Shown here: positions 9,312 through 18,710 of the stretch, piece after piece
Position numbering within the stretch: the first letter of the stretch is position 1
Layout: every line of letters begins with the position of its first letter
DNA from: an uncultured Thermoplasmata archaeon
GTDB taxonomy: Archaea > Thermoplasmatota > Thermoplasmata > Halarchaeoplasmatales > Halarchaeoplasmataceae
Reading direction: 5' to 3'
Assembly (NCBI GenBank): GCA_964399335.1
Contig: CAYNQI010000014.1
Coordinates: 1 to 26,992, forward strand
Length of the DNA: 26,992 nt
The notes under the pieces: model-generated
What the model was told of the DNA's origin: nothing
The model's database searches: none
The model's input: only the letters and a program-made list of their open reading frames with translations
Position numbers and translations under genes: made by a program

Positions 9312-9326
9312 AGGATATTTAATCCT
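9312..9326 (-). promoter_or_regulatory. TATA-like box inside a short palindrome upstream of the methyltransferase
   Basis: Minus strand reads AGGAT-TAAAT-ATCCT with TTAAATAT (9322-9315) centred about 24 nt before ATG 9294. A T7 tract follows that may also terminate radB. Confidence 0.4.
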
Positions 9327-9343
9327 TTGGATGTATTGTGATA

Positions 9344-10036
9344 TCAAACTGAAACGATACCTTTATCAGTGATTTTACATTTGGTAGATATACGCTCTGC
9401 CATGGAACGATGCTTCATCAAAGTGCATTTCCTTATGTGTGGACCGATTTCTTCAAATTTGAGGATAGTTTTTGCGTTATGATACAATATATGTCCTCCT
9501 AGAGGTTTCGTTGTATCATCCCCACCATAAACTTGAGTGGTTACTATCACGGGTATATCTACTTTCCTAGCAACTTTCATCAGTTTGATCAACATCCGGC
9601 CTAGTCTTGCTGAAGTCTTTTGATGCTCTCCATTATTTAAAAGAGTTCTATAAAATATAGTCATACTATCAACGATGACCGCTCCAACATCCATATCTTC
9701 CCTTAAGGCTAGATTAACGATGTTGTTCAACTTTTCTTCCTGTTCCGTGAAGGAACATGCTCTGAAGATCAAAGTATTATTCATGACTTTTTTGTACTTA
9801 TTTGATGAGATCTGTTTCAATCGTTCCATCGACACTCCTTCAGTATCTAGAAAGGCAACTTTTTTACCTTCTAATGCCAAATTTTTTGTGAGCTGAAGGC
9901 AAAGGTTGGTTTTACCTGTTCCACCTCCACCGAAAAGCTCCGTGATCGTTCCTGATTCTATTCCTCCGTCGAGTAGTTCATCGATGGCATCGCAGCCGGT
10001 TGAGATCTGCATGCTTTTCAGAGTTATATTCACCAT
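9344..10036 (-). CDS. radB: DNA repair and recombination protein RadB
   Basis: 230-aa RecA-core-only protein. STGCDAIDELLDGG, Walker A GGGGTGKT, Walker B VIVDS, and the RadB-specific basic KHR motif (LMKHRS). Confidence 0.93.
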   Translation of the reverse strand: MVNITLKSMQISTGCDAIDELLDGGIESGTITELFGGGGTGKTNLCLQLTKNLALEGKKVAFLDTEGVSMERLKQISSNKYKKVMNNTLIFRACSFTEQEEKLNNIVNLALREDMDVGAVIVDSMTIFYRTLLNNGEHQKTSARLGRMLIKLMKVARKVDIPVIVTTQVYGGDDTTKPLGGHILYHNAKTILKFEEIGPHIRKCTLMKHRSMAERISTKCKITDKGIVSV

Positions 10037-10134
10037 ATTATGTTTTATGGTTGAAGTCGAGGGTCAAAGTCGAATAACGGGTAAATTTTATTTGCAAGTA
10101 GAAGATAGGGAAGTCGAAATAAGCTTTTCTCACT

Positions 10135-10219
<85 letters not shown>

Positions 10220-10231
10220 CTTTTTAACTTT
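10220..10231 (+). terminator. Oligo-T terminator after tRNA-Leu
   Basis: ctttttaacttt immediately follows the discriminator base. Confidence 0.5.
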
Positions 10232-10344
10232 CTAGAGTGGAGCGGGCGTATATGATGTAAATATATTCTTGTATCCATAAATATTTCAACTTCAGATGGC
10301 ATAAAAGAAGACTCAAAAAGGTCATAGCTCGTATCAAAACTCCA

Positions 10345-13300
10345 TCAGTAGTCGACAGTCCATATAACCGATCCATTAAATTTGTTATAAATCCAATAAC
10401 CCTGACCTGGTGAGAAAGTAAAGTTGGCTGGATCATAATCATAGTCTAGATTATACTGAGAGCTCGAGTTAAAATAACCTATCTTTTCAACTTCTGACGG
10501 TAGTCCGTGGTTTCCTGCTGTTGAACTGGGTAGACTTACCATATTCCAACCTGGATCCAGTATTATTTCAGTAGTTGTTGGAAGCCGACCTTCGATCTTT
10601 AACGTATCATTGTTCGTCATCCTAATCCATACTCCGATCGTATGATCCCAGTTGTAGTCATCATTAAAATGATCGGCCCTTTCAGGCATATAAGATAGCC
10701 AATTATCAGTTTCTGAGTCAAAATACATCAATTTATCATAATTTCCAGAGATACCATTTTCGGGATCTTCGAGTATAGATTCTAAAGAATTTTCCAAGGG
10801 TATTAAATTAAAGGATACAAAATTCCAACCATCTGATTCACCACATGCCTTCAAAGATATCTCCATGATCCTAGTTTCCCATCCATCTTTAGAAATAAAT
10901 GGGTAGTTATCTTGGTTTTCACTCCCATCGATCTCATAAGGCACATCGACTATAGCGTCGCTTCCAGGTTCATCCTGATCAGGGCCTCTGTAATCGTCAG
11001 GTTCAGTATGATCTGAAAAATAGTTCCCACCTTTTGGATAAGTAGCATTCCAGATGTTATTACCGTTGTCATATACTTGATAAATATTGTCGATGAAGTT
11101 GTTATGATAGATCTCATTTAGTTCTGAATTGCGGATATAAAGTCCATGATCTTCATTATCTTGAAGTGTGTTGTTCTTTAAGGTATTCTCGTCTGATTCA
11201 CGCATGTAAAAAGCACGGTCAGCATTGTAGGAAATCTCATTACCTCCAACAAAATTATTATTTGACCCCGATAAGTAAAGACCATACCCTTCATTAAAAG
11301 AGATTTTATTACCGATCACGGTATTTGAATTGGTGGCTATATATATTCCGTCATCTTTGTTAGAACTAATATTATTATCAATAACAGTATTTTGATTTGA
11401 TCCGAAACCTATCAAAACACCCCTCCTATTGTTAAGTACACTATTATTTTCAATTATATTATATCTAGAACTACGTAGGAGGTATATGCCATAATCCTCA
11501 TTTTTCAATATCTCATTATAGTTTAGATAGTTATTCGTTGAACTATATAAGTAGATACCTTTATCGTGATTGAACCCCAATGAATTATTAAATAGACTAT
11601 TGTGATGGGAGCTTTCAAGATAAACACCTATATGATTTCTAGTTATATTGTTATTATAAAATAACATCTCATTAGAATCAAATACACTCGCACCATACTC
11701 ATTTGCAATTATAGAATTACTTATTACTGAATTATTGTAGCTATCATCAAAGATGTACAAACCTTCAAGGGAATTATAATGGATATTATTTTGCGTTATC
11801 CAGTTATTAAAAGAATTTGCGATATAAAGTCCTTGTTCCTCATTAAAATCGATGTCCATTTCAGATATTGTATTATTCTCGGATCGGAGTAAATAGCCTC
11901 CTTTTCTATTGGCCGTTATAGTCCCGTTACTTATTTCATTTCGATGAGAATCTATAAGATAAAAACCGTATCGGGTGTTATTTTCTACATCGTTACCAAA
12001 CAAAATATTGAAATCTGACCCGTCAAGAACTATACCCTCCTCGTTTAGATTAAATTCATTACCATCCAATATATTGTGATCACTTTCTTTCGAGTAAAAT
12101 CCTAGTCCATTATTCTCAGATACAGAATTATTGATGAAATCGTTTCTGTGTGATTCTCTTATCTCTACACCCCGATAATTATTGAAATAAACATAATTAT
12201 CCCTTATAAGGTTATAATCAGAAGCAAAAAGGGAGACCCCGGTTCTACCTCCAAGTATCAAAACTGTTACATAACGAGTTTCTTTCCAATCATCTATCTG
12301 GGCAGTGATCTCAAGTTCGATTTCCCCATGCCTAATAGGTGACCAGAAACCAGTATAGTACCCATCTCCTTTTTCATCACTCCCATATCCATCATCATAA
12401 AGCTCGATTGGATCCTCACCAGAACTGAATTTGACTTCTACATCAGCACCATAAATTGGATTAATACCGTCTGTCAAAGAGACGATGATCTCAGTTTCAG
12501 ACAAAACTGTGATCTCAGACATGTTAGTAGGACTATGTAGCCAGAAGTTAGGATTTTCTGGATCAGTTGATATATTAAGAGCTGCTGAAGCGTTGATCCT
12601 ACCCCCGGTCAACGTTTTATCTTCTAGATTATCAAGCTTATCAACAGATGAAAGAACGATATTCTTTAAATTAGTATGGTTATAAGTTTCATCGTAAGAG
12701 GAAAGTAAACCTATTAAACCTGAGACATGTGGCGTAGCCATGGAAGTACCACTTAAACTTTGATATGCATCATTCCTCCCTGTACTGTTGATCCTGACTC
12801 CAGGTGCTGCCACATGGACACTACTTTCACCATAATTTGAAAAAGAAGCTAGATCATCATTTTCATCAGTAGCAGCTACTGAGATCACATTAGGTAATTC
12901 GTAACTAGCTGGATATACTGGATCGTGGTCATTATTTTCCCCATTATTCCCTGCAGCCGCTATAAAAGATATATCAGCATCTCTATGTTGTTCTATCATC
13001 TCCTTAAGCACAGCACTTTCTCCACCTCTCCATCCCCAACTATTACTGGTTGTTACTACATTCACACCTTCCTCTTTTTTCTGTAAAACATATTCCAAAG
13101 AAGCAACTGCGTTACTCACCGTCCCAGACCCAGAGTCATCAAATATCTTAAGTGCCATAAGACTAACATTCCAGTTCACTCCAACAACACCTATTTCATT
13201 ATCACCGACAGCACCGATAGTACCGGCGACATGAGTACCATGTCCATGACCATCCATAGGATAGTAGGAATCATTTACTGCGTTGTAACCATGATAACCA

Positions 13301-16300
13301 GAGTTGTCAGCCCACATATTATCCACTAGATCTTCATGATGATAATCTATACCAGTATCCACTACGCCGATGACGACTTCTTCACTACCAGTTTCCATGT
13401 CCCAGGCTCCTGGAGCATCTATCTTTTCCATACCCCAAAGTGATCCATAGCCTGGGTCATTAGGTGTAGACAGGGGTTCTGCAGTGTCTTCTAGTTCGAT
13501 GTAATAATTGGGTTCAGCATAAGCTACTTCAGGCATATTTGAAATATCTTCCATGGTCTGTTCGAAATTAATTCCACCTTCTAATTGAATCTCCGCTACC
13601 GGTAAGGTCGTAAAAACTCGATCAGTCTTCCCATGGATTTTTTCCGCTACCCTATCAGCTTCTCTTTCAAGTACTGTTCTAGCTGGTAGATCATTTCCAG
13701 CTGATAAGATTCTCTCATTGAACCTCACTAGTAAACTCCCTGTTCCATGATTATTAGTTTCTTCATTTGACTTATATCGATCATTAACACTTACTTCCCC
13801 TTTATTTATAGAATTATACTCTATGATATTTTCATCAGACCCGTATAGACGTATACCATAGAAATTATTTGAGATGTCATTATAAGTGATATCGTTAAAT
13901 TGAGATCCCTTGATATAGATCCCATATCGATCAGCATTCACTAAAGTATTATTTGAAACAATGTTTTTTTCTGAATCGATCAATTGAATGTTATCCTCAT
14001 GTAGATCTATGAAGTTGCTTTTTATCGCATTATTAATTGCATCAGATAGCTGTATACCGTACTCTCCATTACCAGATAAACGATTATTGTGAATGTCATT
14101 ACCCTTTGCACTTCTTACGTAAAAACCATACCTCTCGCTATCCGTGATAGTATTGTTATTAATTTTATTCTCATCACCCAAAAAAATATAAAAGCCTCTT
14201 CGATTGGCATCAAATGAATTATTGTAGAAGGTGCTTTCATGGGAATAATACTGGTAGATACCAAGTTGATTATCTGAGATGTCATTTTCAAGTATTTGAT
14301 TGTCTTTAGAATGTTGAAAGTTTAAACCGTTACCGTTTTCAGTTAGTTTATTTTTTTCCAAAAGATTACCTACAGATCTCTCTATTCTGATCCCCGAATG
14401 ATAATTTAGATGTATAGAATTGTTATAGATATGATTTTCATCAGAAAAACCAAGCAAGATTCCCATACTAGATTGAGAAATATTCAGATCTTTAACAGTT
14501 ATACCAGTACTATTTGCCAATATGACCTGGCCAGCATCTGTTGGAACGGTTAAATCTGTTTTATTTTTTATATAATAGATCGGTTTATCGTTTACAGTGT
14601 TTGAATCATCTATTTCATGTGTATTCCAATGATCTAGTGAATTCCCACGTATAATAATTCCATTCAACTCCAAAAGATTTCCTGTGATATTACTATTTTC
14701 TGAAAAAGATATAGATATGGCATCTCTTACATTTTCTAATAATACGTTATCGTTTACCACAACATCCTCAGAAGACGAGATAGAAACTCCGCTACGACTG
14801 TTAAAAGATATATTACTTCCTTGTACTACAGACCCTTTTGTTTGGTACATGAATATCCCATGATTGTTGTTGATAGATTTGCTCTCACTAACTGTATTTT
14901 CATCGCTTGAATCCCACATTATTATCCCTCTGCTATTTTGAGAGATCTCTGTACCTACGAAGTCGTTGTACTGAGAATTTTTGATATTCATACCATCGCT
15001 GTTAGCTCCAAAACTACTATTTTCAATAAGGTTATCATCTGATTTGATCATCCGGATACCGTAAAATGTATTTGAAGATGCAGTAACGTTTGATAAGTGA
15101 TTATAGTTTGAAAAGCTCAGCGTTATACCGACACAAGTTCCGCTTAGATCTTGGTCTAAAACTTCCATATCACTACTGTTAACAATGATCACCTGACCAG
15201 CATATGAAGGAATAGTTTCACCGACTTTATCAGTAATATACTGTATTGGAAAACCGTTCACACTATTGGAGTCATCGATACTGTGAGTATTCCAGTATTC
15301 CAATGAATCTCCTTCAAAATAAAAACCATTACCTAATATAGTGTTATCAATAAATGAATTGTACATAGATGACGAAATTATTATTCCATACCGACTGCTA
15401 TCGATAATAGAATTGTTCTTCAAGTTCGTTTCATTTGATTCATGTATATCTACACTGTTCTGGTTGTTTTCCAATGAATTGTTTATAAGATATGTTGATT
15501 TTGATCTTGAAAGAACCACACCACCTTGATTTTCATTTATGGTATTATTTTCAAAACGATTAGACTCTGAATCTTTAAGATGGGTTCCCTCATGGTTATC
15601 ATTGAAGTTACTGTTCTTTATGGTATTGGAGTTAGACAATTTCAGTAGGAGTCCACAGTTATTATTCATACTCGAAACTGTATTGTCTATAGTATTATGA
15701 TCTGAGTATATGAAAAATAGGCCGGTTCCAGTCTGACTAACATCGACATCTTCGATGTTAACATCTGTACTGTTAATGAGGATTATCTGCCCAGCCGGGG
15801 ATCCAATTGACCCACCAGTTTGATTCACCCAGTAATAAATTGGGCCTCCATTAACAGTATTCGAAGTAGGTATACTATGGGAATCCCAATGAGACCTAGA
15901 CTCACCTTCCAATCGAATTCCTGTGTTTTCCATCTGGTTATCTCTCAAAAAGTTGTTAGTTGAATACATCAGCACTATTCCATCATCTGAAACATCTCTA
16001 ACAGTGTTATTTTGTATATTATTTTTACTGGATCGGTCTACTTCTATACCGGTTTGAGCATTTTCAAGAATATTATACTGTATCTCGTTTTCATCTGAAT
16101 TATGTAAAACTATATTGTTGATGTTATTATTAAGAGAATTGGAACTAAAGAAGTTCCCTTTGCTTGAACTATAAAGTGAAATCCCATTATGACTCTCATC
16201 GATGGTGTTATTAAATATTTCATTTTCAATAGATGCGTAAGACTTTATTCCATCTTCATTATTCGATATGCTGTTATTAGATATAACATTTTTAAAGGCA

Positions 16301-17055
16301 CCATCCAATCTTAGACCCATATATCCGTTTTCAAATAAATGATTTTTATCTAAAATATTATCCGAAGAGTCCCAAATGTCAACTCCGAGATTATTTTCAT
16401 AAATCGAATTATTCTCGATCTGAACATTCTTTGAATTGAACAAGATCATACCACTGCCTGAAAAGGGTTCATTGATATCTCCTCCAGTGGCGTTGTAAAG
16501 GTGAGAATCTTTAACGATCAGATGTTGTGTAACATTTCCGATGTAGAAAGAATAGCCATTTCCAGCCCCGTCTATATCGTATCCCTGGATCATGTAAGGG
16601 TCCTCTTCAGTTCCTTTTCCCGATAAGTTTTCCTCCACTGCTAGATTTTCTAGATCAGAATCGTTATTTATTGCAATCGGGTCATGATTTCTGAGATCCT
16701 CTGATTGTATCATACTAGTTTCGTAAGATTTACGGATATCTTGATTTTCTGATTCGAGATTTTCTATACTGGATTCATCATCATTGTAGTCGATAAAGGG
16801 CGTTACCATATCTTCTAGAGGCTCTTCATAATTTCTCCAGTAAAGATTATCGACTTCACCTTTTTCTCGAGATGCCTCATTTAAAGATCGGTCCCAATCA
16901 TAATTAGTTGCTAAATCAACAGTTCCCTTTGTAGATTCTTTATTTTCTTCTAAAGATTCTTCAGAGATAAAGCTTGAATTAATAAAAGCTGAATTTACTG
17001 TATTAATCAGTAAAAAGATAATAGCTAAAGTTATTAAAACATCTCCTTTTTCCAT
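10345..17055 (-). CDS. 2236-aa secreted right-handed parallel beta-helix (NosD/CASH-like) protein with an internal S8 subtilisin-like peptidase
   Basis: Signal peptide, then dozens of G(I/V).L..S..N.I..N.I..N rungs. Propeptide-like segment ending YAEPNY..., followed by PNDP.Y..LWG. Triad motifs VVDTG (D about aa 1233), HGTHVAG (H about 1272) and GTSMATPHVSG (S about 1438), plus oxyanion AAAGN. LYDDG...D..GDGYYTG motif follows, then the beta-helix resumes. C-terminal domain with twin GWN motifs. Confidence 0.92.
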   Translation of the reverse strand: MEKGDVLITLAIIFLLINTVNSAFINSSFISEESLEENKESTKGTVDLATNYDWDRSLNEASREKGEVDNLYWRNYEEPLEDMVTPFIDYNDDESSIENLESENQDIRKSYETSMIQSEDLRNHDPIAINNDSDLENLAVEENLSGKGTEEDPYMIQGYDIDGAGNGYSFYIGNVTQHLIVKDSHLYNATGGDINEPFSGSGMILFNSKNVQIENNSIYENNLGVDIWDSSDNILDKNHLFENGYMGLRLDGAFKNVISNNSISNNEDGIKSYASIENEIFNNTIDESHNGISLYSSSKGNFFSSNSLNNNINNIVLHNSDENEIQYNILENAQTGIEVDRSSKNNIQNNTVRDVSDDGIVLMYSTNNFLRDNQMENTGIRLEGESRSHWDSHSIPTSNTVNGGPIYYWVNQTGGSIGSPAGQIILINSTDVNIEDVDVSQTGTGLFFIYSDHNTIDNTVSSMNNNCGLLLKLSNSNTIKNSNFNDNHEGTHLKDSESNRFENNTINENQGGVVLSRSKSTYLINNSLENNQNSVDIHESNETNLKNNSIIDSSRYGIIISSSMYNSFIDNTILGNGFYFEGDSLEYWNTHSIDDSNSVNGFPIQYITDKVGETIPSYAGQVIIVNSSDMEVLDQDLSGTCVGITLSFSNYNHLSNVTASSNTFYGIRMIKSDDNLIENSSFGANSDGMNIKNSQYNDFVGTEISQNSRGIIMWDSSDENTVSESKSINNNHGIFMYQTKGSVVQGSNISFNSRSGVSISSSEDVVVNDNVLLENVRDAISISFSENSNITGNLLELNGIIIRGNSLDHWNTHEIDDSNTVNDKPIYYIKNKTDLTVPTDAGQVILANSTGITVKDLNISQSSMGILLGFSDENHIYNNSIHLNYHSGIRIERSVGNLLEKNKLTENGNGLNFQHSKDNQILENDISDNQLGIYQYYSHESTFYNNSFDANRRGFYIFLGDENKINNNTITDSERYGFYVRSAKGNDIHNNRLSGNGEYGIQLSDAINNAIKSNFIDLHEDNIQLIDSEKNIVSNNTLVNADRYGIYIKGSQFNDITYNDISNNFYGIRLYGSDENIIEYNSINKGEVSVNDRYKSNEETNNHGTGSLLVRFNERILSAGNDLPARTVLEREADRVAEKIHGKTDRVFTTLPVAEIQLEGGINFEQTMEDISNMPEVAYAEPNYYIELEDTAEPLSTPNDPGYGSLWGMEKIDAPGAWDMETGSEEVVIGVVDTGIDYHHEDLVDNMWADNSGYHGYNAVNDSYYPMDGHGHGTHVAGTIGAVGDNEIGVVGVNWNVSLMALKIFDDSGSGTVSNAVASLEYVLQKKEEGVNVVTTSNSWGWRGGESAVLKEMIEQHRDADISFIAAAGNNGENNDHDPVYPASYELPNVISVAATDENDDLASFSNYGESSVHVAAPGVRINSTGRNDAYQSLSGTSMATPHVSGLIGLLSSYDETYNHTNLKNIVLSSVDKLDNLEDKTLTGGRINASAALNISTDPENPNFWLHSPTNMSEITVLSETEIIVSLTDGINPIYGADVEVKFSSGEDPIELYDDGYGSDEKGDGYYTGFWSPIRHGEIELEITAQIDDWKETRYVTVLILGGRTGVSLFASDYNLIRDNYVYFNNYRGVEIRESHRNDFINNSVSENNGLGFYSKESDHNILDGNEFNLNEEGIVLDGSDFNILFGNDVENNTRYGFYLIDSHRNEISNGTITANRKGGYLLRSENNTISEMDIDFNEEQGLYIANSFNNWITQNNIHYNSLEGLYIFDDSYNNSVISNSIIANEYGASVFDSNEMLFYNNNITRNHIGVYLESSHHNSLFNNSLGFNHDKGIYLYSSTNNYLNYNEILKNEDYGIYLLRSSRYNIIENNSVLNNRRGVLIGFGSNQNTVIDNNISSNKDDGIYIATNSNTVIGNKISFNEGYGLYLSGSNNNFVGGNEISYNADRAFYMRESDENTLKNNTLQDNEDHGLYIRNSELNEIYHNNFIDNIYQVYDNGNNIWNATYPKGGNYFSDHTEPDDYRGPDQDEPGSDAIVDVPYEIDGSENQDNYPFISKDGWETRIMEISLKACGESDGWNFVSFNLIPLENSLESILEDPENGISGNYDKLMYFDSETDNWLSYMPERADHFNDDYNWDHTIGVWIRMTNNDTLKIEGRLPTTTEIILDPGWNMVSLPSSTAGNHGLPSEVEKIGYFNSSSQYNLDYDYDPANFTFSPGQGYWIYNKFNGSVIWTVDY

Positions 17056-17096
17056 ATTTCCTAGCTCTTAATTTAGTATATGTGGATAAATAAGAC

Positions 17097-17123
17097 TTAA
17101 AAGTTTCCCTGATATACTTTTAA
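17097..17123. promoter_or_regulatory. Perfect 8-bp inverted repeat in the divergent promoter region
   Basis: TTAAAAGT (17097-17104), 11-nt spacer, ACTTTTAA (17116-17123). Confidence 0.4.
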
Positions 17124-17159
17124 AACTAGAATAAACTATATGTCAAAAAACAAAAGATG

Positions 17160-17170
17160 TATATATAAAA
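17160..17170 (+). promoter_or_regulatory. TATA box for acdA
   Basis: TATATATAAAA about 28 nt upstream of ATG 17198; AGGAG at 17186-17190. Confidence 0.5.
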
Positions 17171-17197
17171 GATAGATGGGTGGGTAGGAGACAAAAA

Positions 17198-18586
17198 ATG
17201 GACCTCGACGATATGTTCTATCCAAAGGGCGTGGCAGTCATCGGAGCCTCGAATAAAGAAGGTAAAGTAGGAAATGCCATCATGAAGTCTATAATGAGAA
17301 AATATGATGGTGATGTATACCCTATCAACATCAAAGAAAACGAGGTCATGGGGGTTCCTGCATATAGATCTGTAAAAGAAGTAGATGACGATATCGATCT
17401 TGCAGTGATAGCTATCCCAGCAAAGTTCGTTCCCCAGGTGATAAAAGAGTGCGGGGAAAAAGGGATAGGGAACGCTATAATCGTTACAGCAGGTTTCAGA
17501 GAAGCTGGAGAGGTTGAACTAGAAGAAAAAGTCGTTGAAAACGCTGATAAGTATGGTGTGAGGTTCATCGGCCCTAATTGTCTCGGAATTTACAATTCAA
17601 AGAACGAATTAGATACGATCTTTAATCCTCCTGAAAGACAAGCCCGCCCAGAAAAAGGTTCAGTTGCTTTTCTATCTCAAAGTGGTGCTTTCGGTGCGGC
17701 CATGTTAGATTGGTTCTCTGGGAGAGAGATAGGTATAAGCAAGTTCATCAGTTACGGAAATAGAGCGGACCTTGATGAAGCTGATCTGTTAGAGTATCTC
17801 AGTGAAGACGATGAGACCGAGATCATAACTTATTACATAGAAGGGTTGAAAGAGGGTAGAAAATTCATGGAAGCCGCTAAGAAGTGCAAAAAACCGATCA
17901 TTGCATTGAAATCCGGTAGGACCAGTGCAGGTTCTTCTGCTGCTGCTTCACACACTGCTTCTTTGGCTGGAAGGGACGAAGTTTACGATGCTGCTTTCAA
18001 ACAGTCTGGGATATTAAGAGTGAAATCGGTTAGGGAACTTGTGGTGATATTGAGGGCTCTTCGATGTCAGCCCATGGCAGAAGGTGATAGAGTAAGTATC
18101 GTGACCAACGGTGGAGGAGTCGGAGTCATGTGCGCTGATTCACTGACATGGTCTGGATTGAAATTAGCAGAATTCTCAAAAACCACTAGAGAGAAGTTCA
18201 AGAAAAAAGTCGAGTCCGGCCAGATTCCAGAGCATTCGTCTCTGAATAACCCAGTGGATATAGTAGGAGATGCTCCCTCTGAAAGGTATAAGACTGCCAT
18301 GGACATCGTTTTGAAAGATGAAGATGTAGATGCTCTTATAGTCGTATTTCTTTTCCACTCCCCAGCAATAGAAGAAGACATCGTTTCTAAAACTGTGGAT
18401 ATGAAAAAACACGGTAAACCTATCATCGCTATAGCTCCCGGGGGTAAATTCACACAGATGATGAGTAAAAAATTAGAAGATCATGGGATCCCGGTTTATG
18501 AAACTCCAGAAGATGGTGTTGCAGCTGTCAACGGTTTGGTGAAGCTCGGTGAAGGATCTAGAGAAAAAAAATTCCGATGCGAGTGA
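17198..18586 (+). CDS. acdA: ADP-forming acetate/acyl-CoA ligase, alpha subunit
   Basis: CoA-binding start (FYPKGVAVIGAS...GKVG), GPNCLG, SQSG, phospho-His motif SHTASLAG, VTNGGG.GVM.AD and NNPVDI.GDA. ATG 17198 is preferred over GTG 17180. No beta (ATP-grasp) subunit in the window. Confidence 0.92.
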   Translation: MDLDDMFYPKGVAVIGASNKEGKVGNAIMKSIMRKYDGDVYPINIKENEVMGVPAYRSVKEVDDDIDLAVIAIPAKFVPQVIKECGEKGIGNAIIVTAGFREAGEVELEEKVVENADKYGVRFIGPNCLGIYNSKNELDTIFNPPERQARPEKGSVAFLSQSGAFGAAMLDWFSGREIGISKFISYGNRADLDEADLLEYLSEDDETEIITYYIEGLKEGRKFMEAAKKCKKPIIALKSGRTSAGSSAAASHTASLAGRDEVYDAAFKQSGILRVKSVRELVVILRALRCQPMAEGDRVSIVTNGGGVGVMCADSLTWSGLKLAEFSKTTREKFKKKVESGQIPEHSSLNNPVDIVGDAPSERYKTAMDIVLKDEDVDALIVVFLFHSPAIEEDIVSKTVDMKKHGKPIIAIAPGGKFTQMMSKKLEDHGIPVYETPEDGVAAVNGLVKLGEGSREKKFRCE

Positions 18587-18677
18587 TCTTTTTTATTTAG
18601 GAACTGCATTTTATCGGGTTATTGATTTAAGATCGTTAAATAAGATAAGAACTATATCAGCCGATTTTTACCATAAC

Positions 18678-18710
18678 TTACAAATATTGTAATCTATTTA
18701 CAATATGTGA
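18678..18710. promoter_or_regulatory. Putative antitoxin operator (two palindromic sites)
   Basis: TTACAA-ATA-TTGTAA (18678-18692) and the imperfect TTACA-ATA-TGTGA (18698-18710). TTACAA recurs at 20-bp spacing, overlapping the expected TATA and start region. Confidence 0.6.

Noticed and set aside
10234-10248. tggagcgggcg downstream of the tRNA, whose reverse complement resembles a tRNA 3' end
   Set aside because: The match is only about 11 nt with no T-loop or further structure; likely chance.
18625-18641. ATTTAA-GATCG-TTAAAT inverted repeat after acdA
   Set aside because: It has only 6-bp all-AT arms in an AT-rich spacer, which is expected by chance.
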